Position numbers and translations under genes: made by a program. This document shows positions 1 to 13,538 of a stretch of DNA of 64,000 bases, one piece after another. Below the pieces are notes generated by a model, which was not told the origin of the DNA, ran no database searches, and worked only from the letters and a program-made list of their open reading frames with translations. How positions within the stretch are numbered: position 1 is the stretch's first letter; each line of letters opens with the position of its first letter. This DNA is from Blastocladiella emersonii ATCC 22665 (Eukaryota; Fungi; Blastocladiomycota): assembly GCA_025594325.1 (NCBI GenBank), contig JANHCV010000003.1, forward strand, positions 2,046,001 through 2,110,000, written 5' to 3'.

Positions 1-814
1 AGTCGAGGTACTCTTCGTAGTCAAGCATCAGCGAGTCGTCGGCGGTCGCTGCGGTCCGACGCGGAGATGGGGATGCATTCAAGACTGGGTTTCCCATAGT
101 TGTTGCAGAGACAGTTGCATAAATTGAGTGAGGGGAGAGTGAAAGCGTCGGGGACGGGCGACTGACGAGTGCATCGAGGGCCGGTCGCGGCTTGCGTGAT
201 GGGAGGAATGATGTGACGCACGCGGCGTATCGAGATACCGTTTACAACCGCCGAGCAGACGTAAAACTAACGGAAATACACTGTAAAATCTTCGACCGGC
301 CCGCGTTGCAGCCGGTCTGGTCGATGCGCCGTCGCCGGCGGAAGTACGCCAGCGGGCGGCGGCGAGGGGGGCCTATCCTGTTGCCGCTGTCGCCGCCTCC
401 GTCTCCTCCTTTGCGTTGTCGCTCCGGACGTCGACGAACTTGGAGTTTCAGACCCGAGGGTCATACTATCGACCGGATCAACGGCGCTCCTTGGTAGGTC
501 AAGATCATGCAGGGACGGGGCGTCTGTCCATAGAGTCCAGCGAGCCCATGCTGGCGAAGGCGGCGGAGAAGGCCAGGACGGTCTGCGGATTATGAATACA
601 TGGGGCGAGTCTGCTGGGATTACCGGGTTCCCCATCGTCGGTTGTTATCGCAAGAGGTGGAGGACCGAGCGGCTCCGCGATCCGCGCGTTGTTCATATAG
701 CACGCAGCGGGTTTACTGTCGCGGATGTGCGGTGATGCGATGCGGCGCACACGTGTCGCCCCAGTAAGCTCACCAGGACACGGTCGTGATTGGAATAGAT
801 GGCTAGGTTATAGT

Positions 815-2314
815 TCACAATGTGTTCATACTCGCGCTCGAAGCACCCCGCGGCGCGGGCACGGCTTCCGACGCGTCGGTCGTCGCTGGCTGCCGTGGGA
901 CCGCGTCCGCGCGAGCCGGCTGCCCGCCGACAGCGACGTACGCGGTGCTGGCGGGCTGCGGCGGGAGCACGGTCCCGTTGTCGAGCGTACGGGCCTGGGA
1001 CCGCGGGTGGCGCGAGGACGTGGGTGCGGGATCGGTTGAGGTACCGCGCGACGCGGTCGTCGCCGATGGCGTGGGTGCAGGGCGGTCGGTGAGCGGCGTG
1101 ATCCCGATGCGCGCGTACTCGATGGGCGACGGGGGACACTGCTGCGTGTTGGGCGTCGGGGTCGACGCGCCGGACGCGGCGGGGGTCGGGAGTGAGAGCG
1201 AGAGCTGCTCGGGCGACGTGACGAGCGGGGTAGCGAGGGCGCGCGGCGGTGGGACCTGGCGGTCGAGGGTGCGGTAGGGTGGCGGCGGCGCGTTCGTGAA
1301 GAGGCGCGGGTGGTAGACGACGCGGACGTCGTCGTCGTCATCGTCGTCTTCATCCTCGTCGTCGGCGTCGAGGATGTCGGTGTAGGTGATGAACTGGAAC
1401 GGGTGGTGCGGTGGGTTGAGGATCAGCGGGAGAGGCAGACGCGGCGGGTCGAGGGTCCCGGTCGAGCCCGTGGCGCTCGCCGTGTCGCTGTTGGTATCGT
1501 CGTCGTCGGCGGCGGCAACGGCGAGCGGCGGGCGCGAGGCCATGAGGAAGGTAAAGGCGGGCGGTGGGGCTAGAGGATCAGGCGGTAGGTTGGATGAGGG
1601 ACGCGATCAGGAGCTGCCGTCGCGGGAGGGTTGAGACAGGGCAGAAAACGTACTCGGCGAGGACGAGTCGCTGCTTGACGAATCGCGCGCGTTGTTGCCG
1701 GGCGGGCGCGGCGGGGGCAGCGGCATGGAGCTCGGCTGCCCGCTGCCGCCGGTGCCGGGCATGCCAAAGTAGAAGGGCCGAGACATGCTGGGCGGCGCGA
1801 GGAGGTGGTCGCCCGTACTCCCGAACGCCCCCGCGCCGACGACGCCCTGGTTGGTGCGCGTGCCCGCTGCGGCCTGGACCACGCGCTGCAGGGCGGCGTG
1901 GCGCTCCATGTTCTCGCGGGCGCGGTCTGCGCCACCCGCGGCGCTGGCGGCAGACTCGGCGCGGTCGAGGTTCTCGCGCAGGGCGGCGTAGCGCAGGCGG
2001 ATGTTGTTGAGCATCTGCTGCACGTTGGTGGAGGCGGCGCGGAGGTACTCGGAGCTCGGCGACAGGCCGAACTCGCCGCGCTCGAGCTCGTCGGCGCCAT
2101 CGTCGTCGTCCTCGTAGTGGTGGTAGTCCGAGTGCTCGTCGTCCTCGTCGTCATCGTCGCCGTATGACATGGGCGAGGGGGAGGGCGGGCCGCCGAAGAG
2201 CGAGCCGGTGGACGGGTTGCCGGTGCCGCGGGCGGCTTGGTTGCGGCGGCGCATGCGGCGGCGGTCGGCCGAGAGCGGCGGCGACGGCGGGTAGCGTTTC
2301 ATGGGGTTGCCCAT
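815..2314 (-). CDS. Hypothetical low-complexity (Pro/Asp/Ser-rich) protein, 2 exons (2314-1654, 1569-815), about 471 aa; further 3' exons possible
   Basis: ORFs 1607-2710 and 815-1543 are in the same frame and are joined by an 84-nt intron (GTACGT at 1653; CTGAT branch and CTAG acceptor at 1570). It has acidic runs and a short helical segment but no recognisable domain. A GTATGA donor near 830 could extend it towards ORF 267-635. Confidence 0.55.
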
Positions 2315-2737
2315 ATTCGATGGCAGTGGTGGAGGTGGTAATAGTGGAGGGAGCGGGGGCGGGGTTGGAGTGAGCGCACATTTTGTAGAGTCAGCGGGGG
2401 CGGCGAACTGACCGGCGGTTTCCGCTCGGTGGCTCAGCGCGCGAGCTCGACGAGCGGTCAGTCGCGCCGCGCCACTCACGCTGCCGTTGCAGCTGCTCGC
2501 ATCCCAGCGGCGGCTGAAGAGGTCAGTGAGGGAAAGGTCTATGTGATCCAGGACAAGAGAGTGGGGGACGCGAATGAAGAGACAAACAACAACAAGAGTG
2601 AATGGTGGTGGTGGTGGTGGTGGTGGCAGCGCGAGCGAGCGTACAGGCGGGAGGGGAGGGGGGATATCATGCAGAAAATACACAGGGAGGAGAGCACGAC
2701 CGACGATCAAGGCGCCCGCGCTCGCCGACCAACCTCC

Positions 2738-3394
<657 letters not shown>

Positions 3395-3854
3395 TTACGT
3401 TGCAGAGAGTGGTGCGTTGCTGACCTGCGCCGTGGTGCGGGTGCGCCGTCGTCGAAGGGGAGCAGCAGCGCAGAGCCGGCGCGGCAGGGCGTGCCGGCCA
3501 CGCTCGGTCGGGTGGCGTGCGTGTGGCGCCCTTCTCGTCGCGTGGCCGCGGCCACCGTGGGCGTCGCCATCCCCTCCCTCCATACTCCACCTCCACTAAA
3601 AGAGGCGCCGACGGCCTGAAAACCCTCGTATGGTGCCGCGGTCATTCGCACGGTATTCGCATTCCGAATCGCGCCCATGCGCGGTATCGGGATAGCCGGC
3701 GGTCCCTGCGCCGCACCCCACGTGCGCGACGACGACGCGTCAAGTCCATCGGCCAGTCTCGCCCCCTCGAGCGATCGCCGCTCTCTCCCTCGCTCTCCCC
3801 CAACCACATCCCCACGGGTGAGCCCCGCACGACGCAACTCCCTGCAACTGCAGC

Positions 3855-6800
3855 ATGCATCGACCGCACGCCGGGTCGCGCGTCCGCCGCGCCGCCCGCG
3901 CCGCCGTCGGGGCCGCCGTGTTCACGCTCGCGCTCGCGCTGCTGGCTGGCACTGCCCTCGCCGAAAGTACGCCCGCCGATGCATCCGAGTTTCGCGTCTC
4001 CATGACCGCCAACTGGCGCCAGGACCCTGTCGTCGAGGCCTAGTACGCACCTCGCACCGCAACAGAGACGGTGAGCTGGTCCCTAACACACACCACCGTC
4101 TGTAGCGATCTCATCGCCTCGCACAACCTGACCCTCGCCGACGAGCTGCTACACAGCGCGGGCCGGCACCACGACCCCGACACGGTCCTCACGACCGCGG
4201 GCCTGCTGGGTCTCGACACGACCGCGCAGTCGCTCGTCGCCGCCTCGCTCGCATTCCGGGAGCGCGCCCCGCGCGTCGCCGCCTTCTTTGACGTCTACGA
4301 CGCCGCCGCCGGCGCGAGCCTCCCGACCGACCTCGCCGACTGCTCGTACCTCGTGGCCGTCGCCGACGGCGCCCCGCTCTCGTGCGACCTGGCCGAGATC
4401 GCCGCCGCCGTCACCGACCCGGCTGCGCCCGCCAAGCCCGTGCCGCTGATCCCGGACCTCGACCGTGCCGTGTTCGGCGACGCGGTCGCGACCCGCACCA
4501 TCGTCGTCTACGGCAACCCGCGCACCCGCGGGTTCGCGTTCGGCTGGGCCCGCCTGCGCGAGCTGCCCGTCCGTATCGCGCTGCGCTACCGCCCGCTCCC
4601 CGACGCCGTCAGCAAGCCCGACCCGATCCACCTCGCCGGGTACCTCGTCCACCTCCAGGTCAAGGACACCGAGTACAAGGTCACCGACGACCGCACCGAC
4701 CTCGCCACTACCACCTCCTCCTCCTCCGACGCCGCCGCGCCGGCACCCGTCCTGCGCAAAATCGACGACAAGGCACTCGAACACGCGGGCGCCGCCGTCG
4801 CCGCGCACGTCACGTCGCTCGACGACTTTGTCGCCGTCTCGGCCGACCTCCCGCTGACGCTCCCCGCACTCATCGACCGCGGCGTCCCCGCGAACGCCAC
4901 CGTGGACCTCTCCCGCATGGCGCGCGCCACGGCCAACGCCGTCAACGCGCTGTGGGTCAACGGGATGCCCCTGCGCCTGCCCACCGCCGACGCCTTCACG
5001 CTGCTCGCCGCCGTCCAGCACGAGCACCGCCTGCGCACGCGCGCCGCGGGTTTGGGGGTGGATGCCGCGACGCTCGACGCGGTTCTCGCGCGCGGCGGCG
5101 GCGGCGCGGGTGGGGAAGGGCACGTCGACCGGTTCGATCTGACGACGGTCGCCGACTCGGACGTCGTGTGGCTCAACGACCTCGAGGACCGCGCCGACCC
5201 GCGGTACGCCGCGTGGCCGACCGAGCTGCACGCGTACCTGACGGGCGGGATGCGCGGCAACCTGCCGCACGTCGCGCGCAACGGGCTCACGGTGCACGCG
5301 TTCCTCGACCTCGCCGACGTGAACCACGCCTCGGTCCTGTCCAGCCTGTACCGGTTCGCCGCCGGCGGCGTCGCGCTGCGCGTCGGGGTCGTGCCGCTTG
5401 TCGCCGACCCCGAGGACCGCGAGGCGTTGAGCAACCAGCTCGCGCTCGAGTTCACCGACATGGCCGCGCAGCAGGGCCCCGACGCCGCCGTCCCCTGGCT
5501 CTTGCGCGTCGTGACGGGCCAGCAGGCCCTGACCAAGCGGCGCCGGCGCGACCTCGCGGCCGACGGCAAGCTGCTCGCGCAGCTCGCGCGCGTGCGGACC
5601 AAGTACGGCGTCCCCGCCGCCACGGGCGAGCTGTTCGTCAACGGCGCGCCCGTCCCGCTCAACGCCATGTTCGACGGGTCGATCGGCTGGTACGTCGACC
5701 GCGAGGCGCAGCGGCTCGCGCAGCTCGTCATGATGGGTGTCGTCTCGGACAAGTCCAGCGACCCGCTCGCCAAGCAGCTCGCCCGCGGGCTGTGGCCCCG
5801 ACGCACCGAGTTTGCCTTCGGCGACCGGCCCGCGGTGTTTGCTGAGACGACGATGACCGCGGACGTGCCGCAAGTCGACGCCGAGGCGGACGACGCCGAG
5901 GCGGACGACGCCGACCAGCGCCGCGCCATGCGGTTCGCGCACGTCGCCCTGGCGGGCCTCATCGACCCGAACCTGCGCGCCGCCGCGGAGCAAGCGCAGT
6001 CCGCGCTCGGGTTCGCCCTCGAGCCGCACGCCAAGCTGCAACCCGGCGCCGACCCGGAACCCGCCATCATCATCAACGGCCGCCGCATCTCGCTCGCGGG
6101 CCTCGAGCACGACGACGACGACGCCACCCACGCGCTCGCCACGCTCGTTCGCGTCGAGTTTGCCCGGCGCGTGCGCCCGCTCGTCGACCCGCGCACGCGC
6201 GGCACCGACGACGACGTGCGCGCGTTCTGGCGCGCGTCCGTGATCCGGTACTGGAACCAGATCGAGGTTGCGCGGCTGCGGCTTCCCGCGAGCCCCGCCG
6301 AGCCGCGGAGCGACCCGCTCGCGGTCCTCCCGTGCCACGCGACGCCGGCCGCGTGTCTCCGCGCGCCCGCTAGGGTGGGTAATGATGTCGAGCCGATCCG
6401 CGTCGTCGCGGTCCTCGACCCCGTCTCGGAAGAAGCCCAGGCGCTCGCGCCCGTCCTCGCCGACCTGCACGCGCGGATCCCCGCGCTCGACGTGACGCTC
6501 GTCTGGCACGTCGGTCGGCCCGCGGCGAAACCCGAGCGGTTCACGCGGTACGTCGCGCCCGTCAATAACGGCATCCCCGCGGCCAAGTTCCACGGCCTCC
6601 CCAACATCCTGTACACGCTCGCGATGCAGACGCCGCACCCGTGGGTCGTCGAGGCCACGGCGTCGCCGCTCGATCTCGACAATATCGTGGTCCCGCGCGG
6701 CGGGGCAGGGGCCGAGTTTGCGCTCACGGCGCTCCTCGTCGAGGGGTCCGCCGAGGATACCGCGACGGGGCAGCCGCCTGCGGGGACGCAGTTTGTCCTG

Positions 6801-8066
6801 AAGCAGTCGCGGGGTGTGCGCGCCGAGACCATCGTCATGAACAACCTCGGGTACTTCCAGCTCAAGGCGCGGCCCGGGCTGTGGCAACTGGGTCTGCGCG
6901 AGGGCCGGTCCGCCGAGGTCTACCGGGCCGTTGACCAGGCGGTCCTCGTCGACAGCTTCCGCGGCGTCGAGCTCGCGTCGCTCAAGGTCGCGAAACGCAA
7001 GGGCATGGAGCGCGCCAGCGTGCTCGACGAGATGCACGAGAAGCACGAGGCCGAGCGCGTCGATGCGGGACGTGGCCGCGGGCGCGGCGCTGGCGGGTGG
7101 CTCGCGGCGCTCGGCAAGCTGTTCGGGTTTGGCGGCAGTAGCGGCTCGGGTTCGGCCGGTAGCTGTGGCGGCGGGAGCAGCAGCGACGGGCGGATCCACG
7201 TCATGTCCGTAGCGTCGGGCCACCTGTACGAGCGGTTCCTGTCGATCATGATGCAGTCGGTGGTCGAGCACGCGAGCCGGCCCGTGACGTTCCACCTCAT
7301 GGGCGACTTCCTGTCCCCCTCGTTCAAGGCGTTCCTGCCCGCGCTCGCCGACCGGTTCGGGTTCGAGTACCGGCTCGTGTCGTACGCGTGGCCGACGTGG
7401 CTGCGCGCGCAGCGCGTCAAGCAGCGGACCATCTGGGGGTACAAGATCCTGTTCCTGGACGTGCTGTTCCCGCTCGACCTCGACCGCATCGTGTTCGTGG
7501 ACGCGGACCAGGTCGTCCGCACCGACCTCGCGCAGCTCATGGACCTCGACCTGCAGGGCCGCGTCTGGGCGTACACGCCCTTCTGCGAGTCGCGCAAGGA
7601 GATCGAGGGGTTCCGGTTCTGGAAGCACGGGTACTGGGCCAACCACCTGCGCGGGAAACCGTACCACATCTCGGCGCTGTACGCCGTCGACCTGCACCGG
7701 TTCCGCACCACGGCCGCGGGGGATATCCTGCGCGCGCAGTACCAGGGGCTCTCGGCCGACCCCAACTCGCTCGCGAACCTCGACCAGGACCTCCCCAACA
7801 ACCTCCAGCACGACCTGCCCATCTTCTCGCTCGACCAGGACTGGCTGTGGTGCGAGACGTGGTGCTCCGACGCGTCGCTCACGGCCGCCAAGACCATCGA
7901 CCTGTGCAACAACCCCATGACGAAAGAGCCCAAGCTCGACCGCGCGCGCCGCCTGATCCCTGAGTGGGAGACGTACGACCGGCGCGTCGAAGATCTCCGC
8001 CGCGCGCTCGCTGAGCAGCAGACGGCGGAGGCGGCGGTGCCCGCGCCGGGTCGCGACGAACTCTGA
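3855..8066 (+). CDS. UGGT: UDP-glucose:glycoprotein glucosyltransferase (GT24), 2 exons (3855-4042, 4106-8066)
   Basis: Hydrophobic signal peptide, LQVKDTEYKVTDD, and a C-terminal GT24 domain (SVASGHLYERF, WGYKILFLDVLFP, FVDADQ, NLDQDLPN, WLWCETWC, IDLCNNP), ending in the ER-retention signal RDEL. A 63-nt intron (4043-4105) removes the TAG at 4041. Confidence 0.95.
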
Positions 8067-8100
8067 TTACACGCGTAATGTACATTTTTGCTTACCCTCA

Positions 8101-8987
8101 CTACGCCGACGCCGACGCCGACGCCGATGCCGCGTTGACCACGTCCTGCAGCTCCGCCAGCCCGGCGTCGCACACGCGCCACAGCTGCGCAACACTCGCC
8201 TCGGCCGCCGCCGCAACACCCCCGGCCCCCGCGAGCGCACTGTTCGAGAGCGACACGGCCGGCGGCACGCGCGCCAGCCGGCTCGAGTTGCCGAGGTTTG
8301 GGATCTCGATCGGGATCCGGTACGCCGTGTGGCTACACAGACGGGCGGCGAACTGTCAGTCTTTGGTGGCGTAGAAGAGAGTTGTCATCGTACTCGTCGC
8401 CCGCGTGCCGCTGGAAACACGTCTGCGTCCACGCCGCGATCCCGCCGGCGTCGGCGTGCGGCTGGACGAGCAGGAACACGCACGGGTGGCCGTCGGCGAC
8501 CTGCTCGCTCACGCTCGTCCACACCGCGGCCTCGCGCAGGCCCGGCGACGCGGCGCCGTGTCGCGCGGAAAAGTGGCCGAGCACGCGGCAGCCCGGGAAC
8601 TTGGTGCGCGCTGAGGCGAGGGCCGGGGTGAGGAGGGCGAGGTTCAGAGTGCCGCTTGGCGTGTACCACTTGGTGCCCGCGGGGAAGGTCAGGATGTCGT
8701 TTACGACTAACGGGCAAGGTGTTAGTGGTGAGAAACTAGGCTTCATGCCACTATCGTACCGAAGCGCACCTCGCGCGTCTCGTGCTGGTCCATGGAGTGG
8801 TCGTGCACCGACAGCTCGACGGTCGAGTTGACGTGGCCGAACAGCAGGCCGTCGGTCGAGCCCTACGTCGGAAGGGCAGTGAGCGAGGGGGCGGGCAGCG
8901 ACCAAAAGCAACGCCGTGTACGCCGTGGCCGAGGTGCGCGAGCCGCGCGAGCAGCGGGCCCGGGATCGAGAAGCTGGTGCGTTCCAT
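8101..8987 (-). CDS. Abraxas/ABRO1 (FAM175)-like MPN- pseudo-deubiquitinase subunit of BRISC/BRCA1-A, 4 exons (8987-8922, 8862-8760, 8706-8394, 8332-8101), 237 aa
   Basis: The spliced product is open with total length divisible by 3; introns are 59, 53 and 61 nt. Motifs align in order with recalled human Abraxas: TDGLLFGHV/TEGFLLGEV, WYTPSGTLN/FYNSSGEVN, VLGHFSARH/VVGWYKFRR, GLREAAV/TFRERLL, VFLLVQP/VFLLLTP, RIPIEIPNLG/RVPLVVANLG. Confidence 0.75.
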
Positions 8988-9453
8988 CAAGTTAGATCTT
9001 GAGTGGTTCATGGGTTGCTGCATTGAGCGCTGCGAGGGAGAGGTGAGAGGGCGAGGCGAGAAGTGGCGCAACGCGCGACCACTCGCACGACGTGTCCCGC
9101 ACTCGCCATGGTCGCGCTTGATCGTGGTCATCCGAGCCTGCCCGACCGCCGGCCGAGGCGGGATCATGGCCGGCCGAGCCCCCGAAGCTCCTCTCTCCAT
9201 CGCGCCATCACGCCGCCGTGGCTGTGGCGACGATGGCCTTCGTGGCCACCGTGGCCGTGGTCGAGTAACTGGCGAGTGACGAACCGCAGCCGCAGCGCGG
9301 TCATCACGCTCAGCCAGCCAGGGAGAGATACGGATCATCGAGCGGTGTATGTATGGCGAGTTTGGACACGGAATAGTAGGGAGGGCAGGAACAACAGCAA
9401 AAGATGTGGGAGGAGCGAGAAAGGGCGTGTGCGAGCGAGAAGAGAAGAGCGAG

Positions 9454-10504
9454 TTACTGGTAGCCCTGGCCGCCGTCTTGCACATGCATAGCGGCGAGCT
9501 TCTCGGCGAGCCCCTCGAGCTTGGACAGCTTCTCGGAGCGGTACTGCTCGTAGAGCACGTCGTGGGTGATTTCCTTGAGGTCCTGCAGGTGCGACGAGAG
9601 CAGGACGTAGCGGAGCCTTGCGTAGTCGCAGTGCTTGAGGTTGTCGACCTCGACGACGCCCCACGGGTACTGGCGCGCGCGGATCAACCGCCCGTTGACC
9701 TGGATCTCCTCGTCGCTGCCGACGATCGCAAAGGGGAGCAGGCTGCGCAGCTCCATGTTCTCCTGGACCGTCTCCTCGTCGTCCTCCTCGTCGTCGTACG
9801 GGAAGTCGTACACGTTGATGCCGTAGAAGCGGATGTCGTCCATGACGCGCTTCTTGAAGTCGGCCAGCTCCTTGGGCGTCATCGTGTCCGACTTGCCGAT
9901 GCACGGGATGATGTTGACGCGCGTGTTGAGCCGCTTCATCAGCTCAATGTCGATCTCGCGCAGCGAGTGGCCCGTCGGCTGCACGAAATACAGGAGGACG
10001 TGGATCCGCGAGTCCTGGAACTTGGGGTTGCGCTTGATCTTGGACTCTTCGGCCAGCACGTCGTCGTACTGGCGCTCAATGTACCCGAGAATGTCGTTGA
10101 AGCTATACGCGGGAGTGGGGTGGGGTGAGTTGCGTGGCGACCGAATCCGGGTGCGTGGGGAACGTACTTGGACGAGTTGTCAATGTTATCGCCGAACCCG
10201 GGCGTGTCGACGACGGTCAGCTGCATCTTGATGCCGTCCTCCTCGAGCTCTATTGGGTCCGAACGCGTCAGTGGTGGTCGTGTCACAAGCAAGTGAGAGG
10301 TAACGCACCGACGGTCAGCGGCGTGATAGCAATCGTCTTCTCGACGGCGCACTGGGCCGGGTCCTCGATGGCGCGGCGCGGGATCACGGGCTGCCCGCAC
10401 AGCGTGTTGATGAAGGTCGACTTGCCCAGGCCCGACGACCCGACGACGATCATGTTGAACTGGAACGCCTTCTTGCCGCCGCGGCGCGGGCGGAGGTCCG
10501 ACAT
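9454..10504 (-). CDS. CDC11: Septin of the Cdc11/AspA-like group; exons 10504-10309, 10249-10168, 10102-9454; possible extra 5' micro-exon at 10736-10731
   Basis: GSSGLGKST P-loop, DTPGFGD, RIHVLLYFVQPTGH, GKSD, ARQYPWGVVEV septin-unique element and LYEQYRSEKL; introns of 59 and 65 nt. Confidence 0.9.
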
Positions 10505-11308
10505 CTACATGGTGGCGAGGCGGAGCCGTGAGTCGCTGGGTGCGAGGTGCGTGGGCGGAGAGGGCGTCGCTGCTGCTGCCGGTCGGTGTGGCTCAGCCCG
10601 CGCGCGCGGGCGACATGGCCATGAGGGCCCACAGTCGGCTTCACCATGCGACGAGCCTGCGCGACACGGAGAGCCAGCATAGCAGCAGCAGCAGCGACAT
10701 CCCCACCATCAAGGAGGGCGTGCCACGGACCGACATGGTGGCGGCGATCTCTCGGGGGGTTCACTCGGCGAGTTGACTCGGTCGGTCGGGGAGAAGTCGT
10801 CGAATTGCAGACTCGGTGGTCGAGCAGCAGCGAGTTACTCGCGGATGTAGTTGTTGCGGGTGGTGGAGATTCAGGTCGTCTCAACACCGTCGTCGCGTCG
10901 TCGGGCGAGCAGCAGACGCGTAGTGTGGCGGCGGCGGCGCGTCGGAGTCGTAGGTCGGGCGAGCGCGCGCGCGATCAGGGCGGTGCGTGCGTGCAGCGAG
11001 TTCCGTGGGCGGCAGCGAGTCGGTGCGTTCGTTGCAGCGACCGGGGCGATACGTTTGAGGCCTCGTAGAACAGGACTCGAGGAGGAGGAAGGGGACAGGG
11101 CGGGGTGGCGTCGGCGGCCCGCGGCGCGGCGTGGTGGCGCTCGCCGGCCGCAAATTCGGCGCGCCGCACAGAGAGAAAGGAGACGCCACCCATCATGTGC
11201 GCGCGCGTGACGGAGGGGAGACGCGTTTCTCTCGCGCTTCGCTTCTTCGTTGCCGGCGATGATTGACAATACGATAAGTTTATAGGACCGGAAACAAAAC
11301 CACTGCTC

Positions 11309-13538
11309 TCAGTTGTACTCGGCGATCAGGTCGCGCGCGGCACGCGCCGCCTGGATCATGGCGGCGGGCTCGCCCGCAAGCGGGGTGGCCTCCATGATCG
11401 AGTGGCGGACGCGGGACTCGTCGTTGAACACCTCGGGCTTGGCGCGGACGCGCACGCGGAACGGGCGGTACACGGCGTCCTCGAGGATCTCCTGGCCCTC
11501 GGGCATGCCCATGACGGGCATGAGCTGGTTGGCGTCGCACCCGATCATCACCTTGCCGACGTCGTTGAACAACTGCATCCACAGCTGGCCCGACGCGTCG
11601 GCGACACACACGGTCGCCACGTACCGGTAGTCGGGCGCGTCGCGGTCCTCGTTGCACTTGTCGCACCGCCACGACCCGGGCCCGGTCTCCACCACCTTCT
11701 TGGCGCACGTCGAGCACGCCGGGTACGCCAGCGTGCCCGTGCTGCGGATGTGCGTGATCACCACCTCGGCCGTGTAGTACTCGGGCTTCTCGCCCGTCCC
11801 GAACTGCGGGTCGGCCGCCTGCGCGAGCGGCAGGATCGTCGCGTCGCCGCCCATGCCGCCGCCCATGCCGCCGCCCATGCCGCCACCGCCGCCGCCAGCG
11901 CCAAACGACTGCCAGCGCGACCCGCGGCCCGCCGACTCGTACCACCCGAGCAGCGCGTGCGCGTCGGGCGTGTCGGGGTTGACCATGAGCACCGACGAGT
12001 TGAGCGCCGACAGCGACCGCCCACCGAAGTCGCCGACGCGCACGCCCTTGACGCCGAGCACCTGGCCGGGCTGCATCTGCGCCGACTGCGCCGTCGACCC
12101 CCACAGCGTGAGTCGCACTGCGTACATGGACTGGTCGACGAGTGTGATCTCGCGCTTGGTCATCTCGCGCTGCGACGCCTTGGAGACGATAGTCGAGACC
12201 TCGCCGACCTCCTCGATGACGCCCATCACGTCGCACACGCCGTTGACCTGGACCGCGGGCAGGTCGGCAAAGGGCACCGCGTTGACCTGGATCTGCGGGG
12301 CGCGCGCGGCCGCGTCGCCCTGGAGCTCCTCCATGTGGGTCTCGTTGTCGGCCGTGATCTCGTAGTTGCACTGGGTCGAGTTGTACCGGGCGTTGGCCGG
12401 CTTGAGCTTGCCGTTCGACAGGTGGTAGACGCGGCCCTGGGTCACGCTAGGGTACAGGCGGTCGGCCACCTCGTTGAAGCACGTCACGCGCACGTCCGTC
12501 GACTCGTCCATGATGGTGAAGGAGAAGAGCTTGCCCGGCTGCCCGTTCTTGCCGTTGTACGTGCGCATATCTCCCTTGTTGGTCACGCGCCCGCGCACCT
12601 TCCACACGTTCTTGTACGGCGTCAGCGAAGCGATTGCCACCACGTCCGAGTCGTCGCCCATGGCGCTCGCGCCCCACTGCGCGCCGCCGCCCGTGCTGGC
12701 GGAGGACGGCCCGCCGTACGACGCGCCGGCGTACCCGCCCGACCCCGACGTGTTGGCGCCGGGCGCCTGGTACGTGCTGCCGGGCGCCTGGTACGGCTGG
12801 TGCTGCTGGTACGACTGCTGCTGCTGCTGCGGGGGCTGGTACGCGTTCTGCTGCTGGGGCGGCTGGTACGCCGACTGCTGCTGCTGGTTGTACGCGTTCT
12901 GCTGCTGGGGCGGCTGGTACGCGTTGTGCTGCTGCTGGGGGTGCTGGCCCTCACCGCCGGCGGACATGGGGTCCGAGTGCGGCGCAGCAGGGGCACCGGC
13001 CGGGTGCAGCGACTCCCAGGCGGTCGGGGCACCGATCTTGGCGCCAAACTTGGTCACGACGTCGGCGTTGACGATGACGGGGATGCGGCGGCCGCTGATC
13101 TCGCTGATCATGGACGTGCGGATGCGCACCACCGTGTTCTTCTCGACGGAGCGCGCGACGATTGGCTCCGAGAAGGGGCCGGACGCGAGGCCTAGATAGT
13201 TTGGGTTGGAAGGGTGAGATACGGGTGCACCGCAAGAGTGTGAGACATGGCAGCAGCGTACAGTTGACCGAGTGGCCTCCGTCCGACAGGGTGACACTAC
13301 GACATGACGAGGAGCAGAAGGTGAGCCCACGAACAACTTGGTCCTTCCCCCGAAAGACGTACCGCCAGCGCGGCGACTCGGTGCTCGGCGCGGGCGCAGC
13401 GCCCGGCGGGCGAGCCGGGTTGACGGGCTTGATGTTGATGACCTGGACGACGTCGCCCTCGTGGAACCCGATCTTCGAGTCCGGGTTGCCCATGACGCGG
13501 GCGACGGCGCCGGCCGTGAGTTGCGGGTGGTCGGCCAT
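11309..13538 (-). CDS. RFA1: Replication protein A 70-kDa subunit; exons 13538-13363, 13296-13262, 13191-11309
   Basis: N-terminal OB fold, SLTPYKNVWKVRGRVTNK, GKLFSFTIMDES, and the zinc-ribbon YPACSTCAKK...WRCDKC in DBD-C. Confidence 0.97.
12790..12942 (-). repeat. Imperfect coding tandem repeat (about 27 nt, QQQNAYQPP) in the RPA1 linker
   Basis: QQQQHNAYQPP QQQNAYNQQ QQSAYQPP QQQNAYQPP QQQQQSYQQ is visible in the translation and in the DNA. Confidence 0.8.

Noticed and set aside
4043-4105. 23-nt intron plus 5-nt micro-exon (AGACG) in UGGT
   Set aside because: That splicing creates a TAA stop. A single 63-nt intron gives an open, sensible VVEAYDLIASH.
4149-7811. Long antisense ORFs (e.g. 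4149-7811, 13724-16234, 50974-54132, 60318-61994)
   Set aside because: These are shadow ORFs produced by extreme GC3 codon bias of the sense genes and have no motifs.
10505-10510. ATG-TAG start-stop uORF in front of the septin start
   Set aside because: Better explained as a TGTAG splice acceptor preceded by a CTCAC branch point.
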